From the IMG/VR virus record IMGVR_UViG_3300031555_004297: a DNA stretch of 64,000 nt. One strand, 5' to 3'. The DNA is from a virus (Duplodnaviria > Caudoviricetes). The notes beneath the pieces are model-generated. The model searched no databases. It worked only from the letters and a program-made list of their open reading frames with translations, and was not told the origin of the DNA. Each line of letters starts with the position of its first letter. Within the stretch, counting starts at the first letter, position 1. Below, piece by piece: positions 26,818 to 37,073 of the stretch. The position numbers and the translations under genes are program-made.

Positions 26818-27237
26818 TCACTCTAAATCTAGTTTTGCAAATCTAGTTGGACAATAAAGCTTGAATGAGATATCCAAAGTTCCAGTAGAATAATCATAAT
26901 CTGCCGAAAGATCATTAAATGATACTACATAAAGAGCATCGTCATCATCGGTGACGACATATGTAATAGCATCTTCAAATTGAGTTAATAAATCTACCGA
27001 AACAGTGCAACAGACATCTGCACATGGAATTTTAATTCTGAAAGGAGCTACATATCCAATATCATGACCCATATCAAAGGCTTTGATTAAACGATCGTCA
27101 TCTCTATCCTTTTCTGGATCTACTATAGTATGCGGTATATGAATGGTATTATGAAGACCATCGATCACTCTAGATATAATTCTATGAAATTCCTCATTGT
27201 AATACAACAATGTTTCACTGCTTATATATTTAACCAT
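26818..27237 (-). CDS. Hypothetical protein
   Basis: RBS GGAGGA; overlaps upstream stop. Confidence 0.65.
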   Translation of the reverse strand: MVKYISSETLLYYNEEFHRIISRVIDGLHNTIHIPHTIVDPEKDRDDDRLIKAFDMGHDIGYVAPFRIKIPCADVCCTVSVDLLTQFEDAITYVVTDDDDALYVVSFNDLSADYDYSTGTLDISFKLYCPTRFAKLDLE

Positions 27238-27796
27238 TATTGTCTTCCTCCTCCTTTCTTGATGAATAATAAATCATTGTATTTTCGTCGCAAAATACAT
27301 TTTCAGATTTTACAATAATCCTAAAGTTATTGTTTGTAGGATCTGTTTTTCCACGCATAAAGATCCCAAACCAAGGATATACTAATGAGTTTACAGCTCT
27401 AAATCTATCTTTATGCTTTCCAATAGGTTTGTTCCCATTAAGAATAGTATCATTAATTCTATTAAAATGATACTTGATACTGAAAGCTTTAATCTGAGTT
27501 GCAATATAGGCTTCAAGAGCAAGATATGTATCCCAATCCGTAGGAGTAATATGAATAATAGCATAAACAGGGCATTTGCCAATTTTTACAGTTCCCCAGG
27601 CCTGCTTGAAGGTAGATAAATCTACAGCAATCTTAGGCCTAGTAGCTTTAGAATCCCAGCATGTATTATTAAGAGATTCATTAATAAATGATTCGATCTT
27701 CTTCATAAGAATTTTCATATTCTTATGAATCAATTTGAATTCTTTCTTTGAAATAGCAATGGTTGAATCAAAGGTGTAGGGTACAGTCATTTTCAT
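27230..27796 (-). CDS. Hypothetical protein
   Basis: RBS AAGGAG; late-type motif at 27819-27830. Confidence 0.65.
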   Translation of the reverse strand: MKMTVPYTFDSTIAISKKEFKLIHKNMKILMKKIESFINESLNNTCWDSKATRPKIAVDLSTFKQAWGTVKIGKCPVYAIIHITPTDWDTYLALEAYIATQIKAFSIKYHFNRINDTILNGNKPIGKHKDRFRAVNSLVYPWFGIFMRGKTDPTNNNFRIIVKSENVFCDENTMIYYSSRKEEEDNNG

Positions 27797-27892
27797 TCTC
27801 CTTAAGCATTTTATACTTTAATAAAGTGTTTAAGCAGGTACAAAACTATAATCGGAAGAAGCCGCGTATACAGCTTCTTCCGGTAGTTTATA

Positions 27893-29185
27893 TTAATCAT
27901 CTGGGCAAAATGCAGCCATTGGATCCATTTCAGTAAAATTGAGCTGATCATCATGGAATAATTTCATTGATAGCACTTTAAGTTTAGAAGGAATCTGTGG
28001 TGTAGCCGCACCTATATTCCTAATACCAAGTCTATAGAAAAGATTTCCTGCGCAAGCGTTACAGATTCCATCTTTAGCTTCGCACATGGATGAGAATCTG
28101 AGCTTTATCTTCTTTCCTATAAACTTATTTTTATTTTCAGATGTAATCTCTGTAAGAGATCCATCATTATTAATTACATAGCAATACATAATTGAGCCTA
28201 TATTTTTTTCTGTAACATTTATCTCAATATGACGCTTCGTTCCACAATCACTTCCAGGATCTTTGAGAATAACATGTTGTAAACTTTGGAGAAATAATTT
28301 TTCCCAATATCCGCCTAGCTCTGTTTTCTTGGATCTTGAATAAGGTCCAGCGGCCAATGTATTTGCTAACTTAGAGTACTCATCTTGTGTAACTCCATCT
28401 ACGTAATTTGATGTAATAATATTATAAGACTTTCTAGGATCAGGATCTTGCACAGAACCTCTCATGATAAACATGTTTTTGAAGTTGTTCTCGAAAGAGC
28501 CGCCAGCTCCAGAGAGGAACATGTCCATAGCAGGATCATCCTGCATAAGTTCTTTTGCATATGCAAGAAGCTCTTTACTAACTTGGTCTACTACATAAAC
28601 ATCACCCTTATCAAAAGCTTCTTGATTTTGTTTAATCAACTCTGCTTTCCTTTTATTAATCTTCTTTGTAATTGTAAGCATATTCATAGAATGATTAGGT
28701 GCAAGAATACTTACATATGGCATAAATTTCTGACTCTTCTTACAGAATCTCTTATAAGTCTCTATAGAGATCTTGTCCTCAAGTACAGCATATCCAAGTG
28801 AATCAAATAATTTACCATAAGCTTTCTTACCGACATTATCATTTACATAGCCCACAAATTGAAGAAGCTCGGGCTCGCATTCTATAAAATATTTATTAAA
28901 AATAAGTCTACCGATTGTGGTAGTAAAGGGTTCTTTATTTCTCTTCTCTTTTCCATCTGGAAGCTTTCCACCATATGCTCCAGTAGGAATTGTCAGGATA
29001 TCATAAGGATTAAACCACTGATGGTCGCCAAAATCTCCAAATAATTCCATAATCAGACTTGTTGTAATGTCATCCTCTGTCAATTTAACAAGATATTCGA
29101 TATCTTTAGGATCTTTTATTTCTCTCGAAACGCGTTTTGCAACAGCCATTGAAAATCGCTCCTTTCGAATCAATTCATTATTCAT
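27893..29185 (-). CDS. RNAP beta' subunit, C-terminal half
   Basis: TTIGRLIFN; DCGT and C....GICNACAG second zinc site of beta'. Confidence 0.85.
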   Translation of the reverse strand: MNNELIRKERFSMAVAKRVSREIKDPKDIEYLVKLTEDDITTSLIMELFGDFGDHQWFNPYDILTIPTGAYGGKLPDGKEKRNKEPFTTTIGRLIFNKYFIECEPELLQFVGYVNDNVGKKAYGKLFDSLGYAVLEDKISIETYKRFCKKSQKFMPYVSILAPNHSMNMLTITKKINKRKAELIKQNQEAFDKGDVYVVDQVSKELLAYAKELMQDDPAMDMFLSGAGGSFENNFKNMFIMRGSVQDPDPRKSYNIITSNYVDGVTQDEYSKLANTLAAGPYSRSKKTELGGYWEKLFLQSLQHVILKDPGSDCGTKRHIEINVTEKNIGSIMYCYVINNDGSLTEITSENKNKFIGKKIKLRFSSMCEAKDGICNACAGNLFYRLGIRNIGAATPQIPSKLKVLSMKLFHDDQLNFTEMDPMAAFCPDD

Positions 29186-29235
29186 TTGTTCGATGTATTA
29201 AAAAGGAGAGAGATGCTACGTGTTGGTAGCATCTC

Positions 29236-29856
29236 TTAAAAGAATACTCTATGCACATCAGCAAGAGCATTCATACCACATCTAAAGTCAGATGGAGTAC
29301 TAGAAAGAGTAACTGTATATCTAGTATCATGATTTAATGTAATCAAGATATGTCCACTCTTTGTTCTTTCAGCAGTTAGACCGGACTCATTAATTTTATC
29401 AATAGTCCATGGAACATCCTTTCCATCATATTTCTTAAGTAATAAAGCAATTGATTCTTTTATCTTTCGTCGTCGTCCAGTCTCTTGATTTGCTTTAAGG
29501 ATAGATTCGCAAATTGTATGAGTTCTAGACATTTTATCAGAATTATTTAGAGCTATAGTCAATAGCTCTATAATTAGATCCTTCTGTTCTCCAGTATAAA
29601 GATCTTGTTCTTTTCCTTCTATAATCAAAGGAGTTCCGACCTTTGCTTTATATGATTCAAGAATAATTTGCTGAGACAGCATTTTTCCTTTTACTGTATT
29701 TAATTCTTTATGCAATGATTTTATCTCATTTTCATATTCAGATTCTAGGCTATCATAAAATTTTTTATCTTCAGCTCTAGCTTGTTTTTCTTTTGCTAGT
29801 TCATCTTCCAGATATTTAATATATTCTTCTGGAGTAAGTCCTTCATAATATTCCAA
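29236..29856 (-). CDS. Coiled-coil protein with C-terminal HicA-like domain
   Basis: AGGAGGT before TTG 29856; KSGHILIT...VTLSSTPSDFRCGMN. Confidence 0.55.
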   Translation of the reverse strand: MEYYEGLTPEEYIKYLEDELAKEKQARAEDKKFYDSLESEYENEIKSLHKELNTVKGKMLSQQIILESYKAKVGTPLIIEGKEQDLYTGEQKDLIIELLTIALNNSDKMSRTHTICESILKANQETGRRRKIKESIALLLKKYDGKDVPWTIDKINESGLTAERTKSGHILITLNHDTRYTVTLSSTPSDFRCGMNALADVHRVFF

Positions 29857-29966
29857 AGGAAGTACCTCCTTTCTAAAAATAAAGTATATTAAATAGATGT
29901 ATGTATCTATATAAAGATAAACAATCCTGAATGGGCCCAAACAGGCCCATTCAGAACATTAACAAA

Positions 29967-30815
29967 TTACATGTAGATGTGATAGATAATATCAATACCC
30001 TTGCTCACATCAATAAGAGATTCGTTCGGAATATTGAGCTTTGTTACCGGACGAATTTCCTTGAAGTATACATATCCATTCTCTTCGACAGGATATGCGG
30101 AGCAGAGAGAAATCGTATTAATACGAGCTTCATCAATACCTACAGTTGCAATAAAGTAGTCACGAATATCCTGCTTAGTAATCTTAAGGTTAATCTCAAC
30201 ATAAGACTCAGCGGAATCTACTTTATTATCAGTATAGATAGTGCTAGTAACAGCTGTAGAATCAGCATACTGCTGAATGAACTTAGGCTCGGAATCAAAT
30301 CTCTTGAAGTAGTATGCATAACGATCGCCTACCTTGGTGCGTCCGAAGTAAGTTTCTCTCAGTTCGTCAGAAAGATCAGTATTAGTCAACTGATATCTGA
30401 ATGGAATAAGATTCTCTGGAGCAATCCACTTCTTATAATCTACAGGATAAACCTGAGAGTTCTGGTCTCCACATCCATCAATACCTACACAGAAAAGAAG
30501 AATCTTATGATTATCTTTAGTTGCTACAGTACCAATAGACTCTGAAGGAGCAGTATCAGCAGCAGGGGTATACATAGCATCAGCACCCGTTCTAAATACA
30601 GAGTTGTAGGAAGGGGTAACCTCAGGATTTGTTACATCAAAAAGTTTTCTGGCAATAAGACCAGATCCAGGAATGATGACTTTGTTTCTAAGTCCTTTGA
30701 AAATATATTCACCCGTCTCGGGGTTTCTAATATCGATCGAAGTTTTAAACGTTGTATATTCGACCTGATCTCTAGTATCGAGACCATCATAGAAAGCCAT
30801 TAGTTTATTACTCAT
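29967..30815 (-). CDS. Probable virion structural (baseplate-region) protein
   Basis: RBS AAGGAGG; late motif at 30853-30864; start uncertain. Confidence 0.55.
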   Translation of the reverse strand: MSNKLMAFYDGLDTRDQVEYTTFKTSIDIRNPETGEYIFKGLRNKVIIPGSGLIARKLFDVTNPEVTPSYNSVFRTGADAMYTPAADTAPSESIGTVATKDNHKILLFCVGIDGCGDQNSQVYPVDYKKWIAPENLIPFRYQLTNTDLSDELRETYFGRTKVGDRYAYYFKRFDSEPKFIQQYADSTAVTSTIYTDNKVDSAESYVEINLKITKQDIRDYFIATVGIDEARINTISLCSAYPVEENGYVYFKEIRPVTKLNIPNESLIDVSKGIDIIYHIYM

Positions 30816-30863
30816 AATAGCGTGTAATCCTCCTTGATCGCTCAGTTTCAATTATATATATGT

Positions 30864-33785
30864 TTAATCTGGCAAATCTTTAGATGTGATAATGGTGAGC
30901 GCATCGATGAGTGCTTCCTCGGTAAGTATCTCTTCCGTAGAAGCATTTTCGGTGTCCATTTTATCTGTAAGTTGAGATTTATCAAGAGATACTCCACTTG
31001 CATATATTGCAGCAGCTTCCTCTGTAACAACCTTTGTATCATCATTATCAGGGAATACAACACTAGAAATATATACAGATGCATCAGAATCTCCAGTCTT
31101 ATCGGCAACGATGATTCTATCCATATCATCTCCAGATACATATGTCATATATGGATCCTTGAGAGCCTCTACCATTCCTTCCTCATATACCCACACTCTA
31201 TCATGAATTCCTAAACCTTCTTTAGGATTAATAGAGATAAGGTTATTAAGAGTATCAGACATGGAAATGGCTTCATAATACATTGTAGTCATATCATTAT
31301 CTGCAAAAGTATCATTAAGAGCTATGATAGTTTTCATGATGGTCTTAACAATAAGCGATACAGCATCCTCTTTACCAAATAGCTCATCTCGATAATATTT
31401 TTCTGCAAACGTATAGATATCGAAATAGATTCTTTCAATTAACGCCACTCTGTCCTCAGGATTATTTGTAACTTTAAGTTCAGATAAACGCTCCACTAAA
31501 TCAACTCTCTCTTCCTTATCGAAAAGTCTTGTAAAGTCAATCTTATCAATCAATTTGATAGCTGCTTCAAGCTTATCATCGATAGTATAAATTGTGTTGA
31601 TTCCAAGAAAGTCTACTTTATAAGATTTATAGAAATTGATAATAGATACGATATACTGCTTTGCGGCATCTGCACTCATTGCAGGGATATTCGAGAACAA
31701 TGCTTGGAACTCGGTCGTATCAATAAACTCCTCAAGAGCATACACAATGCTATCAATAACAGTTGCAATATACTGCTCTCTTGCTGTTTCATCTTCAAAA
31801 TTGTCAATTTCTCCAAGAATACCATAAAGATCCAAATCTCTATGATGGAGGAATTCGGTATAAGTGATATACTCTTTTGTCTCTCCATCGATAGTTAGAG
31901 TCTCTTTATAATATTCTCCAGTTTCAGGATTCTTATAGTAATCGAAAGTCAACTCAACGATCATAAGAGAATCATAAAGCTGCTTATAGATATCATATAT
32001 TTCTTTATTATCTGCATTAAGCATTCCTTGAACTAATTCATCTCTTACTTCGAGATTATTGACATACATGTTCATCATTTCCTTAAAACTAGGAATTGAT
32101 ACATTAGGCATGTTATACTTATCAATTAGCCCAAGAGCAGCATCTTTTTCCGCTTGCATAAGTTTCGAATTTGTAACGGCTTCTGCAAGTTTAGCAAGAT
32201 CTGCCTTAAAATTAAAACCATTAACGTAAAGTACATTAGATGCATCTGTTTCAACAATCTGGTCTACGAATCCATTGTATTTATACGTTAATGCAGTAAG
32301 TAATGTAAACAAATCTGCTACATTAAACGAACGCCCAGTTGCAATATAAGGAACTTGTACAGTTACCATACTTTCAAGAGCGACATTATCATATAGCACA
32401 TTAAAGAAGTAGTTTTGTTGGATTGATGCCTTAGCTATATCTGTAACGCTATCGATAGACATGTATTTAGTTCTAGCAAGGTTAAACTCTTCTTTTAAAA
32501 TTGAAGCAATGACTTCGTTATGAGCTCTTCCTCCATCCCAAGTAGGATCTTGAAGAGTGATCTCATCATAGTCGTAGTGGCTTGTTTGGTCTCTGATATA
32601 AGAATCAAGATCTTCATCAAGAGGAAGTTTGATGAACTTAAGTTCATATTCTTCTTCAAGATTTTCAGATCCATCTTCATTATAAGCATATTTATAGCTA
32701 CCATCAAGCTCAGTCTGTCTATCTTTAAGCAAATAATACTTAAAGATTTTTACATTATCAAATCCAAAGATAGAGCAGATATCTACCATACACTTTGCTG
32801 TAGATTTATATTTTAGCAAAGTATGAAGATTCTTTACCATTGAAATTTGATATTTCAAAGGAATCTCGCCAAAGAATGGAATACCATTTGACTGGAAAAT
32901 ATATTGTACAGAACGAATGTCGAAGATTTCTTTTCTAGTAATAAATTCTTGAACTCTAGAAATGATATCAATCATTGTAATTAATACAATAAATATCGAT
33001 ATCATATTATCATAGTAATCAGAACTATATTTGAAGGCCTCTGAATAAATTGTTCTTAGTACATAGAATTTGTTTTCATCTATCTTATCGCGATACATCT
33101 GAGCAATTGCTTCAGATTCAACTTCAGGAACATAGAGCACGTCAAATCTATTAGCCCTTCTAGCCAAATAATAATCAATAGCTTTAGTTCCAAGATGCCT
33201 CATATATTCATACTTAGCGGGATCTTTTTCAATAATACTATCGATTATGCCATACTGTTCAAGAATAGCAATCTCATTAGCATCAAATGTATGAATAGGT
33301 CTAGGTATCGTATATTCTCCATTCTTATCCTGAGTATATAATTGAAGTTGAACACCATCTGGTGGAATCCAGTCTTCTATATAATCAGCTTCTCCAACAG
33401 GGGGAAGACCATGGAGCATTCTATAATAAGGGTTAAGCTCTTCATAACCCTCGATATATTCTTTTATAAGTGCATTTGTAATTAGAGTTCTTTTAGCTGA
33501 AGGAATTCTTGAAGGTTTCTCACGATACAATGTCATCGTACCATAATCAACAATACCTGCAGCATTAAATGCTGATGTCGAAATAGTTGGAAAGACTTCA
33601 ATAACTGCCGTGCCTTCAATACACGACACGTATAAGTCTCCATTTTTCAAAGATTCAGCAGTCTCGCTATGATCTGCCCTATCCTTTAACTTTAAAACGG
33701 TATCTGCAGCTAATAATTTAGTGTAGTATACCATTTCATCGACATATGGGTTATCTGTATATATTTTATTTATTTTGAAAGACAA
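30864..33785 (-). CDS. Large virion structural protein (baseplate-wedge-like)
   Basis: 973 aa; L..LLKYKST..C...I..IFGF resembles wedge-type KGT motifs. Confidence 0.5.
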   Translation of the reverse strand: MSFKINKIYTDNPYVDEMVYYTKLLAADTVLKLKDRADHSETAESLKNGDLYVSCIEGTAVIEVFPTISTSAFNAAGIVDYGTMTLYREKPSRIPSAKRTLITNALIKEYIEGYEELNPYYRMLHGLPPVGEADYIEDWIPPDGVQLQLYTQDKNGEYTIPRPIHTFDANEIAILEQYGIIDSIIEKDPAKYEYMRHLGTKAIDYYLARRANRFDVLYVPEVESEAIAQMYRDKIDENKFYVLRTIYSEAFKYSSDYYDNMISIFIVLITMIDIISRVQEFITRKEIFDIRSVQYIFQSNGIPFFGEIPLKYQISMVKNLHTLLKYKSTAKCMVDICSIFGFDNVKIFKYYLLKDRQTELDGSYKYAYNEDGSENLEEEYELKFIKLPLDEDLDSYIRDQTSHYDYDEITLQDPTWDGGRAHNEVIASILKEEFNLARTKYMSIDSVTDIAKASIQQNYFFNVLYDNVALESMVTVQVPYIATGRSFNVADLFTLLTALTYKYNGFVDQIVETDASNVLYVNGFNFKADLAKLAEAVTNSKLMQAEKDAALGLIDKYNMPNVSIPSFKEMMNMYVNNLEVRDELVQGMLNADNKEIYDIYKQLYDSLMIVELTFDYYKNPETGEYYKETLTIDGETKEYITYTEFLHHRDLDLYGILGEIDNFEDETAREQYIATVIDSIVYALEEFIDTTEFQALFSNIPAMSADAAKQYIVSIINFYKSYKVDFLGINTIYTIDDKLEAAIKLIDKIDFTRLFDKEERVDLVERLSELKVTNNPEDRVALIERIYFDIYTFAEKYYRDELFGKEDAVSLIVKTIMKTIIALNDTFADNDMTTMYYEAISMSDTLNNLISINPKEGLGIHDRVWVYEEGMVEALKDPYMTYVSGDDMDRIIVADKTGDSDASVYISSVVFPDNDDTKVVTEEAAAIYASGVSLDKSQLTDKMDTENASTEEILTEEALIDALTIITSKDLPD

Positions 33786-33926
33786 TATACGTCACCCTCT
33801 TTCGATTTTATTTATTGATATGTGAAGTCAGTAAAAGTTACAGTTACCGAAGATTAAGAGTTCTATATTAATTGAATTCTGGTATTATAGGTTAACATTT
33901 TATTAATATATTCTATTTTTGGAGGA

Positions 33927-34604
33927 ATGGTCATGCAAGATACTTATAACCCTCTTCCTGGTATAGAAACATATCAAGAAAATATGAACCCCTGCTTAAC
34001 AAGCCCTAGTAGTACCTTTGATATAAGTTTTTATCAAACAAGAGAAAGCCTCTTAGATATTGATGTCTATAGAGTTTTCTTAAAGAACTGTGAAACGCGG
34101 TTTAGGCATTCACATACATATAAAAATTATAAAGGTTTCCTTATTGGACTTGGGATGGATAGATGCCAGGTGCATGGTTTTATCAGCGCGGATATGGAAG
34201 GCGTTGATCTGGAAATGCATCACTGCATCTTGACCCTTTTTGATATCTGTTTACTAATCACGGAACATCTATTAAATACGGTCGGTTATGTAACTACCTT
34301 CGACGTTGTGCAATTGCTGAAGGAAGAGCATAAAGCGAATAACATTGCTCTAGTAATGCTTTCAAAAACTCCACACCAAGTATATCATAATGATCCTACG
34401 CAGTTTTTCATTCACCCTAAGATGTGCTTTGGAAACTGGCCGGCTCTCATTGAAAAATACAGGTTGGGACTTACGCAAGACGTAGCATTTAAACTGCTTT
34501 ATTATCTAAAGAAAGCAATTGAAGTTGGAGAAACTCAAGATAACGGACTACTCGATCTTCGAGAAAAAATTAAAGAATGGAGTGAATATTGTGGCAGAGC
34601 CTAA
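33927..34604 (+). CDS. HNH-like (His-Me) conserved phage protein, paralog of 41910-42644
   Basis: DRC...LEMHH...H...L.KTPHQVYH; late promoter AACA-TTTTAT-TA at 33894. Confidence 0.65.
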   Translation: MVMQDTYNPLPGIETYQENMNPCLTSPSSTFDISFYQTRESLLDIDVYRVFLKNCETRFRHSHTYKNYKGFLIGLGMDRCQVHGFISADMEGVDLEMHHCILTLFDICLLITEHLLNTVGYVTTFDVVQLLKEEHKANNIALVMLSKTPHQVYHNDPTQFFIHPKMCFGNWPALIEKYRLGLTQDVAFKLLYYLKKAIEVGETQDNGLLDLREKIKEWSEYCGRA

Positions 34605-35046
34605 TCATTATCTATTTATTACCTACATCATCATTATCGTAGGAGTTATTATGGCAATGGCCTTAGCGGCCTTGATCATACAGCTAGTACTAAATTATAA
34701 ATACAGAAAAATCATGATTCAGCAAAGTGAACACAGACTGCATATTTCTGCGCAAATTGACAAGACAATACCGGAATTGCTCGAGTACATTATACAAGAA
34801 AGTTTTAGAGATTACGAGGCAACTACTTTAGTCCCTCTCAACGAAGATTATATTAACGAGGAACGTGAAAAAGAAATCAGAGCGGAATTAGTCAATATTG
34901 TCGGAGAAAGGATATCTCCTATAGCATTAGAGAAGATTGCTATTTTCTATAATGAAGGCAACATCGCTAAAGTTATCGCTGATAAAATCTACATCACGGT
35001 TATGACTTATGTAGTTGAACACAATTCCAAGTGGTCTGAGAAATAA
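34591..35046 (+). CDS. Membrane-anchored hypothetical protein
   Basis: GGAG before GTG 34591; N-terminal TM helix. Confidence 0.6.
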   Translation: MAEPNHYLFITYIIIIVGVIMAMALAALIIQLVLNYKYRKIMIQQSEHRLHISAQIDKTIPELLEYIIQESFRDYEATTLVPLNEDYINEEREKEIRAELVNIVGERISPIALEKIAIFYNEGNIAKVIADKIYITVMTYVVEHNSKWSEK

Positions 35047-35097
35047 TGCTTAAAAAAAATAAAAGAGACGGCATAGCGTATAGCTATGCCGTCCTAC

Positions 35098-35916
35098 TTA
35101 TTTCGCAAAATAGCTTGTTGCAAGCATCTTATTTAGAGTCATAAGGATATTAGCATTATAGCTTATATCTAAATACTTCTTATCACTTTCGGATGCTACA
35201 TCCATCTCTATCGTTTGATAGGTGGTAAAGCTTCTATTTAATCTATATCGGGATTGCGATACAAGCTCTCTATAATAACCTACATCAAGTTTAAGATTAA
35301 TGTAATCACTATAGAACTTCGATAATATATCTATAGCTATTCCAACTCCTTCTAACTGTGCGCAATAAAAGATCTCTTTTAAAAAATCTAGCATATAGTT
35401 AGCATGAAGAGAAATAGCAGTCTCGCCTAATCCCTTTATATCCAAAATTTCTATTTTATTAATTGGATCAAAATCATAATACATATCAAGCATACCAAGT
35501 CTATAATAAGATCTATAAGAGCTCTCTAATCTAAACTTGACTCGATCTGTAATATCAAGCTTCATAGGTCTATCAGAAAGGACAACCATTGCATCGTTTC
35601 TAATAGCCAAAATATCATTATCATCGAGATTGTTAATCTCCATGAATACGCGTCTGGCACTTTCTATACCAGCTTTTCTTACTGCTTCAATATTTGTATT
35701 TTTTCCGATCATCTTACCAATAATTATATTTCTCTCATCTTTTGGACAATTGTATAAATATTGATAGAGGTCTTCGGTTATGGCATTAGCATCTCGTAAG
35801 ACACTAATATTGGCTTTGGTCAAATCGTATTCGCGAATAGGGAAGTCTATAATGTATTGCAATGGCGATCTGTATACTACTTTTTTCCATACACTTTTAC
35901 TCATAGACTTCACCAT
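35098..35916 (-). CDS. Small divergent DNA-polymerase-palm-like protein
   Basis: IREYDLTKANISVL and ILAIRNDAMVV resemble polymerase palm motifs A and C. Confidence 0.45.
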   Translation of the reverse strand: MVKSMSKSVWKKVVYRSPLQYIIDFPIREYDLTKANISVLRDANAITEDLYQYLYNCPKDERNIIIGKMIGKNTNIEAVRKAGIESARRVFMEINNLDDNDILAIRNDAMVVLSDRPMKLDITDRVKFRLESSYRSYYRLGMLDMYYDFDPINKIEILDIKGLGETAISLHANYMLDFLKEIFYCAQLEGVGIAIDILSKFYSDYINLKLDVGYYRELVSQSRYRLNRSFTTYQTIEMDVASESDKKYLDISYNANILMTLNKMLATSYFAK

Positions 35917-36406
35917 CCATCGGCACTAAAGTATGCCAGCGCATTATATCCTGTTCAATTGCATAAAGACCAGGAATTGACATATCTGATTCTTCTGCAT
36001 ACATAAAATCTTCTAATTCATTTACGACATAAGCATTATATCCATATCGTTGCTGAATTAGTTTTACAAGAGATTCAAGTATAGCATCTCGATAATCAGA
36101 ATGATTAATTAAAATCTGCACCATAGTTTCAGGTGACATATAAGCTGGAATAATGATATTCATAAATTGACAAAATGCATCAGGGTTTTCCATGATGAAT
36201 CCATGATATGAAATATCAAAAGAAGGACAATATACCATATCTCCTTCAAGCGACTCCTCCGGTAAATAGCCAGGCGATGGCACCAACATATTTAATGTAG
36301 GTACATCAGAATAATAGGAAGACAGGTTGTATACAACAACCTGTCTAATTCCTTTTTGTTCTAGCATTTCGGCAGGTATAATTCTGTGAGGTGTAAAGAT
36401 AATCAT
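35897..36406 (-). CDS. Hypothetical protein
   Basis: ATGA overlap in operon. Confidence 0.7.
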   Translation of the reverse strand: MIIFTPHRIIPAEMLEQKGIRQVVVYNLSSYYSDVPTLNMLVPSPGYLPEESLEGDMVYCPSFDISYHGFIMENPDAFCQFMNIIIPAYMSPETMVQILINHSDYRDAILESLVKLIQQRYGYNAYVVNELEDFMYAEESDMSIPGLYAIEQDIMRWHTLVPMDGEVYE

Positions 36407-37062
36407 ACTCCCTCCAACGGATCGAATAAGAATTTCCCTTCGTTTTCTGCTATCATTTTCTTGACCATTTCAAAATATTCCACATAGTATTGATGCGTTC
36501 TCTCTTTTACAGCGGGATTAATCTCATATGCTAATTTTGCAATAGCAATATCATGAATAGGAAAACTAATGGGATGCTTCTCCATAAATGTCGGATAATC
36601 GATAAGATTCATATTGTAAAGTTTGGCCAAATCTATCGGCAAATATTGCTCTTCAATATATGGTTGAATCTTGTTACGAATTCCAAGTACAAGTCCATAA
36701 TACTTATAAAGAAAATCTATAAGCATTTTTGGAAATTGCATATTTAGCTCATCTCTTCCAAACATGATTCCTATCGGAATTTGTCTGATAGCAGCTGCTA
36801 CAATAATGGATACATAAACATCGGCCTCCTGAGAATTAAGATAATGCTCATAGATAGCTATCGATCTATTTATATCTCCATCCAGCTCTGCTTGGATAGC
36901 TTCAAATGGCGATAATAAAGCACCTGCAGTAATAATAGCAGGATGAGTCAAGAATTTCTGACTGGGTTCTTCGACAACATAAATTATCTTTCCACCAGTA
37001 TATGTGAACTCCTCGAACTCATCCTCATTTATTACCCAAATACCCATCGGGTAATTTGCCAT
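36403..37062 (-). CDS. Hypothetical protein
   Basis: RBS AAGGAG. Confidence 0.7.
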   Translation of the reverse strand: MANYPMGIWVINEDEFEEFTYTGGKIIYVVEEPSQKFLTHPAIITAGALLSPFEAIQAELDGDINRSIAIYEHYLNSQEADVYVSIIVAAAIRQIPIGIMFGRDELNMQFPKMLIDFLYKYYGLVLGIRNKIQPYIEEQYLPIDLAKLYNMNLIDYPTFMEKHPISFPIHDIAIAKLAYEINPAVKERTHQYYVEYFEMVKKMIAENEGKFLFDPLEGV

Positions 37063-37073
37063 AACTAGTCTCC

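Noticed and set aside
35897-37062. Possible paralogy between two adjacent hypothetical proteins
   Set aside because: Only a loose L.P...Y...II..A...L.....YG pattern; too weak to claim without profile alignment
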